Part shown: positions 15,001 through 26,312 of the stretch, one piece after another
Numbering within the stretch: position 1 is the first letter of the stretch
Layout: each line of letters opens with the position of its first letter
Source: Eledone cirrhosa
Taxonomy: Eukaryota
DNA length: 64,000 nucleotides
Assembly: GCA_964016885.1 (NCBI GenBank)
Contig: OZ024741.1
Span: forward strand, 9,920,001-9,984,000
Direction: 5' to 3'
The notes under the pieces: generated by a model
What the model saw: the letters and a program-made list of their open reading frames with translations, nothing else
What the model was told of the DNA's origin: nothing
Databases searched by the model: none
Made by a program: the position numbers and the translations under genes

Positions 15001-18000
15001 TGTGGTAGATGTTATACCAACACTATACCACTAGAGGGAGCTATAGTCAATAGTATCTACTTTACTGTGGGAGATGTTATACCAACACTATACCACTAGA
15101 GGGAGCTATAGTCAATTGTATCTACTTTACTGTGGTAGATGTTATACCAACACTATACCAATAGCGGGAGCTATATTCAATAGTATCTACTTTACTGTGG
15201 TAGATGTTATACCAACACTATACTACTAAAGGGTGCTACCGTCAATAGTATCTACTTTGCTGTGGTAGATGTTATACCAAAACTATACCACTAGAGGGAG
15301 CTACTGTCAATAGTATCTACTTTACTGTGGTAGATGTTAACCAACACTATACCACAAGAGGGAGCCACCGTCAATAGTATCTACTTTACTGTGGTAGATG
15401 TTATATCAACACTATACCACTGGAGGGAGCTATAGTCAATAGTATCTACTTTACTGTGGTTGATGTTATACCAACACTATACCACTAGAGGGAGCTATAG
15501 ACAATAGTATCTACTTTACTGTGGGAGATGTTATACCAACACTATACCACTAGAGGGAGCTATAGTCAATAGTATCTACTTTACTGTGGTAGATGTTATA
15601 CCAACACTATACCACTAGAGGGAGCTATAGTCAATAGCATCTACTTTACTGTGGTAGATGTTATACCAACACTATACCACTAGAGGGAGCTATAGTCAAT
15701 AGTATCTACTTTACTGTGGTAGATGTTATACCAACACTATACCACTAGAGGGAGCTATAGTCAATAGTATCTACTTTACTGTGGGAGATGTTATACCAAC
15801 ACTATACCACTAGAGGGAGCTATAGTCAATGGTATCTACTTTACTGTGGTAGATGTTATTACCAACACTATACCACTAGAGGGAGCTATAGTCAATAGTA
15901 TCTACTTTACTGTGGTAGATGTTATACCAACACTATACCACTAGAGGGAGCTATAGTCAATAGTATCTACTTTACTGTGGGAGATGTTATACCAACACTA
16001 TACCACTAGAGGGAGCTATAGTCAATAGTATTTACTTTACTGTGGTAGATGTTATACCAACACTATACCAACAGTGATGGCTATAGTCAATAGTATCTAC
16101 TTTACTATGGTAGATGTTATACCAACACTATACGAATAGATGGAGCTATAGTCAATAGTATCTACTTTACTGTGGTAGATGTTATACCAACACTATACCA
16201 CTAGAGGGACCTATAGTCAATAGTATCTACTTTACTGTGGTAGCTGTTATCCCAACACTATAACACTAGAGGGAGCTATAGTCAATAGTATCTACTTTAC
16301 TGTGGTATATGTTATACCAACACTGTACCAATAGAGGGAGCTATAGTCAATAGTATCTACTTTACTATGGTAGATGTTATACCAACACTATACCAACAGA
16401 GGGAGCTATAGTCAATAGTATCTACTTTACTGTGATAGATGTTATACCAACACTATACCAACAGTGATGGCTATAGTCAATAGTATCTACTTTACTATGG
16501 TAGAAGTTATACCAACACTATACCAACAGTGATGGCTATAGTCAATAGTATCTACTTTACTATGTGAGATGTTATACCAACACTATACCACTAGAGGGAG
16601 CTATAGTCAATAGTATCTACTTTACTGTGGTAGATGTTATACCAACACTATTCCAACAGAGGGAGCTATAGTCAATAGTATCTACTTTACTATGGTAGAT
16701 GTTATACCAACACTATACCAATAGAGGGAGCTACCGTCAATAGTATCTACTTTACTGTGGTAGATGTTATACCAACACTATACCACTAGAGGGAGTTATA
16801 GTCAATAGTATCTACTTTACTGTGGTAGATGTTATACCAACACTATACCAATAGAGGGAGCTATAGTCAATAGTATCTACTTTACTATGGTAGATGTTAT
16901 ACCAACACTATACCAACAGAGGGAGCTATAGTCAATAGTATCTACTTTACTATGGTAGATGTCATACCAACACTATACCGCAAGAGGGAGCTATAGTCAA
17001 TAGTATCTACTTTACTGTGGTAGATGTTATACCAACACTATACCAATAGAGGGAGCTATAGTCAATAGTATCTACTTTACTGTGGTAGATGTTATACCAA
17101 CACTATACTACTAGAGGGAGCTATAGTCAATAGTATCTACTTTACTATGGTAGATGTTATACCAACACTATACCAACAGAGGGAGCTATAGTCAATAGTA
17201 TCTACTTTACTATGGTAGATGTCATACCAACACTATACCGCAAGAGGGAGCTATAGTCAATAGTATCTACTTTACTGTGGTAGATGTTATACCAACACTA
17301 TACCAATAGAGGGAGCTATAGTCAATAGTATCTACTTTACTGTGGTAGATGTTATACCAACACTATACCACTAGAGGGAGCTATAGTCAATAGTATCTAC
17401 TTTACTGTGGTAGATGTTATACCAACACTATACCAATAGAGGGAGCTATAGTCAATAGTATCTACTTTACTGTGGTAGATGTTATACCAACACTATACCA
17501 ATAGAGGGAGCTATAGTCAATAGTATCTGTTTTACTGAGGTAGATGTTATACCAACACTATACCAATAGAGGGAGCTATAGTCAATAGTATCTACTTTAC
17601 TGTGGTAGATGTTATACCAACACTATACCAATAGAGGGAGCTATAGTCAATAGTATCTACTTTAGTGTGGTAGATGTTATACCAACACTATACCAATAGA
17701 GGGAGCCATTGTCAATAGTAACTACTTTACTATGGTAGATGTTATACCAACACTATACCACTAGAGGGAGCTATATTCAATAGTATCTACTTTACTGTGG
17801 TAGATGTTATACCAACACTATACCACAAGAGGAAGCTATAGTCAATAGTATCTACTTTACTGTGGTAGATGTTATACCAACACTATACCAATAGAGGGAG
17901 CCATAGTCAATAGTATCTCCTTTAGTGTGGTAGATGTTATACCAACACTATACCAATAGAGGGAGCTATAGTCAATAGTATCTACTTTAGTCTGGTAGAT

Positions 18001-18813
18001 GTTATACCAACACTATACCAATAGAGGGAGCCATTGTCAATAGTATCTACTTTACTATGGTAGATGTTATACCAACACTATACCACTAGAGGGAGCTATA
18101 TTCAATAGTATCTACTTTACTGTGGTAGATGTTATACCAACACTATACCACAAGAGGAAGCTATAGTCAATAGTATCTACTTTACTGTGGTAGATGTTAT
18201 ACCAACACTATACCACTAGAGGGAGCTATAGTCAATAGTATCTACTTTACTGTGGTAGATGTTATACCAACACCATACCAATAGAGGGAGCTATAGTCAA
18301 TAGTATATCCTTTAGTGTGGTAGATGTTATACCAACACTATACCAACAGAGGGAGCTATAGTCAATAGTCTCTACTTTACTGTGGTAGATGTTATACCAA
18401 CACTATACCAACAGAGGGAGCTATAGTCAATAGTATCTACTTTACTGTGGTAGATGTTATACCAACACTATACCAACAGAGGGAGCTATAGTCAATAGTA
18501 TCTACTTTACTGTGGTAGATGTTATACCAACACTATACCAACAGAGGGAGCTATAGTCAATAGTATCTACTTTAGTATGGTAGATGTTATACCAACACTA
18601 TACCAACAGTGATGGCTATAGTCAATAGTATCTACTTTACTATGGTAGATGTTATACCAACACTATACCAACAGAGGGAGCTATAGTCAATAGTATCTAC
18701 TTTACTCTGGTAGATGTTATACCAACACTATACCACTAGAGGGAGCTATAGTCAATAGTATCTACTTTACTGTGGTAGATGTTATACCAAATCTATACCA
18801 ACAGAGGGAGCTA
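1..18813. repeat. 65-bp satellite array, roughly 290 units, continues beyond left edge
   Basis: Unit AGTATCTACTTTACTGTGGTAGATGTTATACCAACACTATACCACTAGAGGGAGCTATAGTCAAT recurs with period 65 (1, 66, 131...). It carries recurrent point variants and rare indels and ends at ...GAGGGAGCTA 18813. Confidence 0.99.
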
Positions 18814-18818
18814 AGCCC

Positions 18819-18960
18819 TATTATATCTACTCTTGGTACATAGCCAGCTATTTGAAGGAAAGTGGAAAGTCGATTAAATTGATTAAACTGATACTTTATT
18901 TTTCGACCTCGAATAAGCGGTAGAATTGAGGTTGATATAATTTGAACTCAGGATGTAAAT
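18819..18960 (-). mobile_element. Degenerate tRNA-derived SINE
   Basis: TCTACTCTTGGTACATAGCCAGC, ACTGATACTTTATTTTTCGACCTCG and ATTTGAACTCAG match, in order, the younger minus-strand copies at 22801-23175. Confidence 0.7.
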
Positions 18961-18989
18961 GTCTCCGTACATTATAAGAACTTTGTGTT

Positions 18990-19100
18990 ATTAAAGACAG
19001 AAGGAGAAACGTCAAATTCCATCCAGGCAAGATTTGAACTCATAAAATGATGTAACTAAACACCACAAGTTATGTTGTCCGTCATTTCAACAAATCTACT
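18990..19100 (-). mobile_element. Highly degenerate SINE 5' half
   Basis: GAAGGAGAAACGTCAAA...GATTTGAACTCA...TGTAACT...GTCCG parallels GGATGAAAGGCAAAG...GATTTGAACTCAG...GTAACT...GTCCG in the younger copies. Confidence 0.5.
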
Positions 19101-19380
19101 AAAAAATGACAACAATATCTTCAGCAAAGCGTGACATGGTTGATAATTCAACACAAATGAAGTGGACACGGTGAAACACTAATTTGACACTTTCTCATCT
19201 GACGGATATCACAAAAAGCAAGCCAGCAATAGGTTCGGTTGTCAGCGGGAAGTAGGCATAACAGGGTAGGTTCGAATCAGGCGTATATCCCGCTGATTTC
19301 GGTAATCGGATGTCAAATTTTATGTAATAGAAGATCTGTCAAAATACTCCGCCAACAGCAAACATGCTTGATAAAACTAA

Positions 19381-19433
19381 TATAAAGAAATATATATATA
19401 GTCATACATTCACACACACACACACACACACAC

Positions 19434-19471
<38 letters not shown>

Positions 19472-19516
19472 GCATATGTATATATATATATATATATATA
19501 CATACATATATATATG

Positions 19517-19556
<40 letters not shown>

Positions 19557-19646
19557 CATACATACACACACACATACACATACACACACACACACACATA
19601 TATATATATGTGAATATATATATATATATATGCACACACACACACA

Positions 19647-19685
<39 letters not shown>

Positions 19686-19704
19686 GTATATATATATGTA
19701 TGTG

Positions 19705-19763
<59 letters not shown>

Positions 19764-19838
19764 GAATATATATATATATGTATATGTATATATATATATG
19801 TATGTGTATATATATATATATATGTATGTATGCACACA

Positions 19839-19907
<69 letters not shown>

Positions 19908-20401
19908 ATGTAAACCTGTAAAAATATTAATATGTTAAGATGAGGTACCGACTGAGTTGACGTATATATCGTTGTGCACACGTGCGTATATGAGTATATA
20001 CATGAGATGTACATGTGTGTGCATATGTATGTATATATGTATGTGTGTGCATATGTATGTATATTTGTATGTGTGTGCATATGTATGTATATATGTATGT
20101 GTGTCCCAATGTATGTATATATGTATGTGTGTCCATATGTATGTGTGTGAGTATGTGTGTCCATATTTATGTATGTGTATATGTATGTGTGCCCATATGT
20201 ATGTATATATGTAAGTGTGTGTGAGTATGTATAGGCGTATACATATGTGTGTGTGGACACGAGTTGACTATAGAAATTAAGTAGATAAAGTGTTGAACTA
20301 TGTATCACACACACACACACTCGCACATATATACACACATACACACTTTCACTTTCTCTCACACATACACACACACATACACACACATACACACACACTC
20401 G

Positions 20402-20432
<31 letters not shown>
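19381..20432. repeat. Compound (TA)n/(CA)n/(TATG)n microsatellite field
   Basis: Directly visible dinucleotide runs, with a short interruption near 19915-19975. Confidence 0.95.
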
Positions 20433-20433
<1 letters not shown>

Positions 20434-20509
20434 GTGTTAATGAGTTGGTAGAAATATCTAAGGTAGAGAGCAACTGTAAGGCGGCGGAGGGTGAGTTTTA
20501 ATATAACTA

Positions 20510-20571
20510 TTAAGTCCAGTTACTGCAACGGAGCCATACCTAGTCCGGCTCAGTTATAGTAACTGGCCTTA

Positions 20572-20572
<1 letters not shown>
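20510..20572. other. Imperfect hairpin, 26-bp arms and 11-nt loop
   Basis: TTAAGTCCAGTTACTGCAACGGAGCC pairs with GGCTCAGTTATAGTAACTGGCCTTAA at 22 of 26 positions by Watson-Crick pairing. Confidence 0.8.
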
Positions 20573-20631
<59 letters not shown>

Positions 20632-20790
20632 ATGTATACATGCATGTGTGTGTGTGTCTGTAGAACATGTATTTTAAAGAATTCTGCTCCAAGAACAGTT
20701 TTTGATGTTAGCATCCTTGTATATCGGTGAAAAATGTAGCTACAAGCACCCCCCCCCCACACACACACATAGAAACACATACACACACAT
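20572..20790. repeat. (CA)n/(TA)n/(TG)n microsatellites with short unique spacer
   Basis: Directly visible dinucleotide runs. Confidence 0.85.
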
Positions 20791-21234
20791 GTCTGTAATC
20801 CCATGGGGAGAGTTACGGCAGCCATATTATCTCCGTCCTAAACTATTGAGATTCAAAGCTATCATTTATAGATCTTCTATTTTCAGTTCTTCGTTCGAAA
20901 CTTGAATTTGTTTTATACTATCGCTCTAAAGCAGAAGTTATTTAACTAAGGCTTTTAAATAAGATCTCTGTGTGAGAACTTGTCTTGGAAGAATCTCTAC
21001 TTCGTTATCTGAACTGAACGATTGCTGTTCTGCTAAGGGCTTAAGGTTTTCTTTGGCAAGAATCTCAATGCAATGAATAATTTATATTACCTCTATCAAC
21101 ATCCAAATCTCATTTTCTATTATATTTGTATACAGCTATTGCTGATTAAGACTGTTTCGTCTTCTATCATATCGTCTTCCTTAACTACACTGATCCACAA
21201 ATTCCTCCAAACTCTAATGTGACATATGACTAAC

Positions 21235-21830
21235 TTCATCTGAGGCACCCTGAGAGGTTTGTGGAGACGCAGTCCTCAGACACTCCTTCGAGGAGATCCT
21301 GTCAGCTGACTCGGCTGGATCTCCAAGTGAAGCCAGCAAAGCTCATGGATGTTATCCAACGATCTTGCTCGAGATCTACCCCTGGGACTCCTGCTTGTTG
21401 GTTTTGCCCGTAAAATCTGTCCAGCGATTCTTTTCTAAGACATTCTAACCATATGCCATTAATATCGGACCTGTGGTTTTCAAATTCGGAGAAGTCCCGG
21501 CAAACACGAGTCAGCCAAATAATAATTTCTCAATTTAAGGTATTTAAGGTCTCGGGCCGAATTTCATCCTCCCCAACGGCTTTGCCGCATTTGAGGTCTT
21601 TAATTACTCTTGTGATCTCAGTCTTCAACAGATTATTCATCGCTCCCAGATGCACTTCGTGTACATCCGAAGATGCTGTTGTGATCGGGTTTAGTATCAG
21701 CAAAGTATTCTCTCCACATCGCGATGATGCACCTCTCTAAAGAGAGGAGAACCCTAGGTGCGTTCCTGATAGCAGGTGTGGATGAGGACTTCTTATAACG
21801 ACACTTGTCCCTAAAATCAAAGGAGGACTA
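21235..21830 (-). mobile_element. RTE-clade LINE remnant with large internal deletion
   Basis: Minus-strand translation gives KTEITRVIKDLKCGKAVGEDEIRPETLNTLN*EIIIWLTRVC, the RT-proximal GKAxGxDEIxPE motif. It is joined near 21460 to GHMVRMS*KRIAGQILRAKPTSRSPRGRSRARSLDNIHELCW, the RTE C-terminal GHxxRM...RPRGRP motif. Stop codons are present. Confidence 0.85.
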
Positions 21831-22035
21831 TCATTAGTTGTTTTATAGCCGGATACATATACTCCTCTTTTGTGATAAAATTTCAAAGGGAAAACATCTC
21901 CAAAATTGTTTATATTCGTTAAAATGTAGATTTGGTAGATATATTTATGTCTTACCTTCCATTTGAGCTGGAAATTCTGATATAGATGTCAGCACTTGTT
22001 GATACCCTTGCTATCTGAATACTATGGACATTAGA

Positions 22036-22376
22036 TATTACTCAACATATTACTCAACATACCACTCAACATATTACTCAACATACCACTCAACATACCA
22101 CTCAACATATTACTCAACATACCACTAAACATATTACTCAACATACCACTCAACATACCACTCAACATATTACTCAACATACCACTAAACATATTACTCA
22201 ACATACCACTCAACATACCACTCAACATATTACTCAACATACCACTAAACATATTACTCAACATACCACTCAACATACCACTCAACATATTACTCAACAT
22301 ACCACTAAACATATTACTCAACATACCACTCAACATACCACTCAACATATTACTCAACATACCACTCAACAAATTA
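22036..22376. repeat. 12-bp minisatellite with exact 60-bp higher-order period
   Basis: CTCAACATATTA, CTCAACATACCA and CTAAACATATTA monomers. The 60-nt lines starting at 22081, 22141, 22201 and 22261 are identical. Confidence 0.97.
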
Positions 22377-22594
22377 CTAACGTCTTTATAATTTCATTAA
22401 ATCCAATGACCGTCTTTTGCAAGCGGATAACTTGTGTTAATAACTAAGGTGTCTTTCGTATCTTCCAACCAAACGCCGCCATTTTACTGCACAAATGTTA
22501 GTTTGTGAACGGAAATTTCACATGGTCACTTTTTTTTTCGTTCCTCTCACCGTATTGTAGTTTTGGTGGTCTTATTCGCGTAAGTCACCAGTAC

Positions 22595-22766
22595 TTTCTC
22601 AGACCCGCTTGGCTGGTCTCGCTTGGGGATCGAGCCGGAGACGGTTGATTCTGACAGGATCTGCTGGGGGGAAGAAGAAGAAGAAGAAGGAGAAGAAGAA
22701 GAAGAAGAAGAAGAAGAAGAAGAAGAAGAAGAAGAAGAAGAAGAAGAAGAAGAAGAAGAAGAAGAG
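22595..22766 (+). mobile_element. Extreme 3' end of RTE LINE with expanded (GAA)n tail
   Basis: Translates ...GWSRLGIEPETVDSDRIC, like the RTE C-terminal WSRLGIxP...DR motif and homologous to the 21300-21350 and 52380-52430 fragments. About 95 nt of GAA repeat follows directly. Confidence 0.65.
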
Positions 22767-22800
22767 TCAGTCGTTATAGTTTCTAAAGTTTCAACTAAAC

Positions 22801-22988
22801 ATAATAATTGTTTCTACTTTTGGCACAAGGCCAGCACCTACCCAGTTCATTACTGGTACTTTATTTTATCGACTCGGTAAGGATGAAAGGCAAAGTTAAC
22901 CTCGGCGGGATTTGAACTCAGAATGGCAAGGGCTGTAACTCTATGCTGGAAAGCATGGCGTCCGACCCTCTACCGATACTGCCAATCC
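22801..22988 (-). mobile_element. tRNA-derived SINE (octopus-type)
   Basis: Reverse complement reads GGATTGGCAGTATCGGTAGAG (A-box-like), GAGTTCAAATCCC (B-box), GCCTTTCATCCTTAC..GTCGATAAAATAAAGTACCAG, GGCCTTGTGCCAAAAGTAGAAACA, then an ATT tail. Confidence 0.9.
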
Positions 22989-23175
22989 ATAATTGTTTCT
23001 ACTTTAGGCACAAGGCCAGCAATTACCAGTGCATTACTGGTACTTTATTTTATCGACCCCGTAAGGATGAAAGGCAAAGTCAACCTCGGCGGGATTTGAA
23101 CTCAGATCGTAAAGGGACGTAACTATGCTAGAAAGCATGGCGTCCGACACGCATGGCGTCCGATACTGCCAATCC
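22989..23175 (-). mobile_element. tRNA-derived SINE, head-to-tail with previous copy
   Basis: Same motifs as the previous copy, with a small internal duplication of GCATGGCGTCCGA. Confidence 0.9.
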
Positions 23176-23384
23176 ATAATGATTCCACAATGTCTCTTTT
23201 GTCCACCTTTGTCTACTCTGATTCTCGATAGTTTGATATCTAATGCGACAGTTTTACACTTACCTCTCATAATGTGATAAGAGCAGAGAATTAATTAAAG
23301 ATATATATATTTTAATTTAAGAAATCCCAATATTTCAACACAAGTGGTACGATATAGCAAACACAAACACTAAATCACACATTG

Positions 23385-23565
23385 CAACGATCGGCCGCTC
23401 TGTGATAGATTTCCAGCATCCTTGGCTCCCAGACTTCATCCCTACTGACTGCTATCGGAGCAGAGTTGGCCGCCTACAGGTGTGATCCCGGCGCGATGGA
23501 GTGGCTGTTCTAGCGCACCACCGTCGGTGTCCTCCCGGATCTCTATCATGTCAGCCGGGACCCAG
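23385..23565 (+). mobile_element. CRE-clade non-LTR retrotransposon, endonuclease C-terminal fragment (decayed)
   Basis: From 23418 reads ILGSQTSSLLTAIGAELAAYRCDPGAMEWLF*RTTVGVL. This resembles the CRE-like G.LG....LL..IG..L.....D..E..WLFQR.S.A motif and aligns with the copy at 51850-52000. Confidence 0.65.
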
Positions 23566-23752
23566 AGCCGGAGTGTAAGTTAGTTAGAAGTGGAGGATAC
23601 TTGTTCGAACTGTCACTGACTGTTTTCTTCCTTTCTTTAGTTTTGATATATATAGTAATAATAATAAATGTGAAGACTAAAATCCAAAGAGGGCTCAATA
23701 AGGATCAATATATATCAAATATATAAGAACCGTAGAGCAAATATTTATTAAA

Positions 23753-23881
23753 ATAACAGATTAAAGTTTAAGCAAAGAATCGCTGCTTTCACCCTTAACG
23801 GGATCTTCTGAAACTAAAACAGTCAGAAGATCCCGTTAAGGGTGAAAGCAGCGATTCTTTGCTTAAACTTTAATCTGTTAT
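23753..23881. repeat. Perfect 59-bp inverted repeat with 11-nt spacer, probable Penelope-like remnant
   Basis: 23753-23811 is the exact reverse complement of 23823-23881. The element is flanked by TA runs, and the right arm has CAGAAGA-TCCC-GTTAA-GGGT-GAAA, a degenerate hammerhead-like core. Confidence 0.85.
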
Positions 23882-23892
23882 ATAATCCGTTA

Positions 23893-23934
<42 letters not shown>

Positions 23935-23935
<1 letters not shown>

Positions 23936-24090
23936 CATAATGGATGCAGTAAAAACTGTAAGATCATTAAATACCAGAGTACGCGATACTTAAGGTAGTA
24001 GAATGTGGTAAAGTGAAGTTCCGAACTAGCTAGTTTGGAACTAGCTGTTGAAACGGCAGAAGCTCAGCCGTCGGGGTCCCCACTCCTTTA
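23935..24090. repeat. Diverged partial copy of the 24110-24308 fold-back element
   Basis: Shares ACCAGAGTAC.CGATACTTA.GGTAGTAGA and CTAGCT.T.GAAACGGC.G.AGCTCAGCCGTC.GGGTCC with the downstream copy. Flanked by (TA)n. Confidence 0.75.
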
Positions 24091-24181
24091 TATATATATA
24101 TATAACAAAGAAAGTGTGATATAGGACAAGGTGGACCATAACGCACCAGAGTACTCGATACTTAGGGTAGTAGAGTGGGTA

Positions 24182-24308
24182 ATAGGGAAAGAGTCAGGAC
24201 CCTGACGGCTGAGTTCCGGCCGTCTCGACAGCCAGATCCGAACTGAATTCGGATCTAGCTATCGAAACGGCCGGAGCTCAGCCGTCAGGGTCCTGACTCT
24301 TTTCCTAT
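24182..24308. repeat. 61-bp inverted repeat with 5-nt loop
   Basis: 24182-24242 versus 24248-24308 are complementary at 56 of 61 positions. Contains GAAACGGCCG and is followed by (CA)n(TA)n(TG)n. Confidence 0.9.
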
Positions 24309-24309
24309 G

Positions 24310-24402
<93 letters not shown>

Positions 24403-24460
24403 AAAGTGTTTGGGATGATGTGTGAATGAATGTTTGTGTGTGTGTGTGTGTGTGTGTTAG
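24310..24460. repeat. (CA)n(TA)n(TG)n microsatellite
   Basis: Directly visible dinucleotide runs. Confidence 0.95.
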
Positions 24461-24492
24461 TTAGGTGTGCACGTGATGCTGTTTCACAATAT

Positions 24493-24564
24493 ATAACTAT
24501 TGTAGTTAGGTTTTACACCTGTATTGATAACTATTGTAGTTAGGTTTTACACCTGTATTGATAA
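24493..24564. repeat. 34-bp exact tandem duplication
   Basis: ATAACTATTGTAGTTAGGTTTTACACCTGTATTG at 24493 and 24527. Confidence 0.95.
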
Positions 24565-24599
24565 TTATTATTAGCGGTTGTAACCCGCAGAGTGTTAAT

Positions 24600-24864
24600 A
24601 ATAAGCAGGCTGGAACAATGTATTAACATTGCATCATTTACATATTTTATTCATATATGACACGTGTTTCGTTATCGATCAGCTCAAGGCATGACCCATC
24701 ACAATCAGACACACATATCTGAGGAGTTATAGGTTACAGAATTAGGCCCGATCATCATCGATCTTGCGTCGAGCTGTTCGATAAAGAAACACGTGTTATA
24801 AGTGAATAACATATGCATAGTGAGAATATAATGCAATCTTTACACTTTCTTCGATTGTACTTAT

Positions 24865-24865
<1 letters not shown>
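24600..24865 (+). mobile_element. Penelope-like element pLTR remnant with inverted partial copy
   Basis: Inverted arms 24647-24691 and 24765-24809 surround a hammerhead core, with weaker similarity extending outward. It ends in a long (TA)n. Confidence 0.6.
24712..24804 (+). ncRNA. Type I hammerhead ribozyme motif, Penelope-type, partly decayed
   Basis: Stem I CACATAT (24712-18), CTGAGGA (24719-25), stem II GTTAT...ATAAA, GAAA (24786-89), palindromic C-ACGT-G, triplet GTT (24795-97), stem I' ATAAGTG (24798-804). Confidence 0.65.
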
Positions 24866-25220
<355 letters not shown>

Positions 25221-25289
25221 GCCCAACACACAAAGTGGTACGCGCGCGCACCACCACTTCCCGTATATGTATTTTTATTTGCCTGTTGC

Positions 25290-25323
25290 ATATCTCTATC
25301 TATCTCACTTACTCTGTCTTTCC

Positions 25324-25409
<86 letters not shown>

Positions 25410-25795
25410 CTCTCTATATATAGAGATATATATATATGTATGTATATAAATATATAATTATATGTGTGTGTATATATGTATATATAAATATATATTTATA
25501 AATATGTATATGTGTATACATTCACACATACACACACACACATATATATATATATATACATATATACATGTATATACATGTATATATATATATATATCTG
25601 TATATGTGTGTGTGCAGGTATATGTGTATATAGACGGAGTCTAATACATAAGCTAACATTTAAGCAGTAATATAAGCTATGTGTCACCTTAATCAGGAGG
25701 CACCTATTTACACACGCACACACATCCACACATATCCACACAGATCACCACACACACCCACACATACACACACACATACATATACACACACATCT
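25290..25795. repeat. (CT)n/(TA)n/(CA)n microsatellite field
   Basis: Directly visible. Confidence 0.9.
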
Positions 25796-25837
25796 AATCA
25801 AGGTGATTTAACGGCAATGAAATAAAGCTCTGCTAGT

Positions 25838-26312
25838 CATCAACCTCCCCTCTCATCACCGCCACCACCTCGCCATCGCCCCTCCCCCTCCCCTCTCATC
25901 ACCGCCACCACCTCGCCATCGCCCCTCCCCCTCCCGTCTCATCACCGCCACCACCTCGCCATCGCCCCTCCCACCTCCCGTCTCATCACCGCCATCACCT
26001 CGCCATAACCCCCCTCCCCTCTCATCACCGCCACGACCTCGTCATCGACCCCACACTGTCATCACCACCACTACCTCTTCAACAACCTCCCCTCTCATCA
26101 CCGCCACCACCTCCTCATCAACCTCCCCTCTCATCACTGCACCACCTCCCCCGTCATCACCTCCACCACCTCCCCTCTCATCACCTCCACCACCTCCCCT
26201 CTCATCACCGCCACCACCTCCTCATCAACCTCCCCTCTCATCACCTCCCCTCTCATCACTGCACCACCTCCCCCGTCATCACCTCCACCACCTCCTCCGT
26301 CATCACCCTCCC
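25838..26312. repeat. C-rich degenerate minisatellite
   Basis: CCCTCTCATCACCGCCACCACCTC core, first in ~44-bp units (25849-26040), then in shorter units. Confidence 0.9.

Noticed and set aside
1-18813. CRISPR array, since TCTACT...GTAGAT resembles the Cas12a repeat hairpin and the 65-bp period is CRISPR-like
   Set aside because: The would-be spacers are near-identical in every unit, there are no cas genes, and the context is animal SINEs and microsatellites. It is a satellite.
22623-22880. Poly-Glu ORF
   Set aside because: It is the (GAA)n tail of an RTE fragment running into an antisense SINE.
23417-23580. Host exon bounded by TTTCCAG and GTAAGT
   Set aside because: The best frame resembles a CRE endonuclease tail and contains a stop, so the splice-like motifs are probably incidental.
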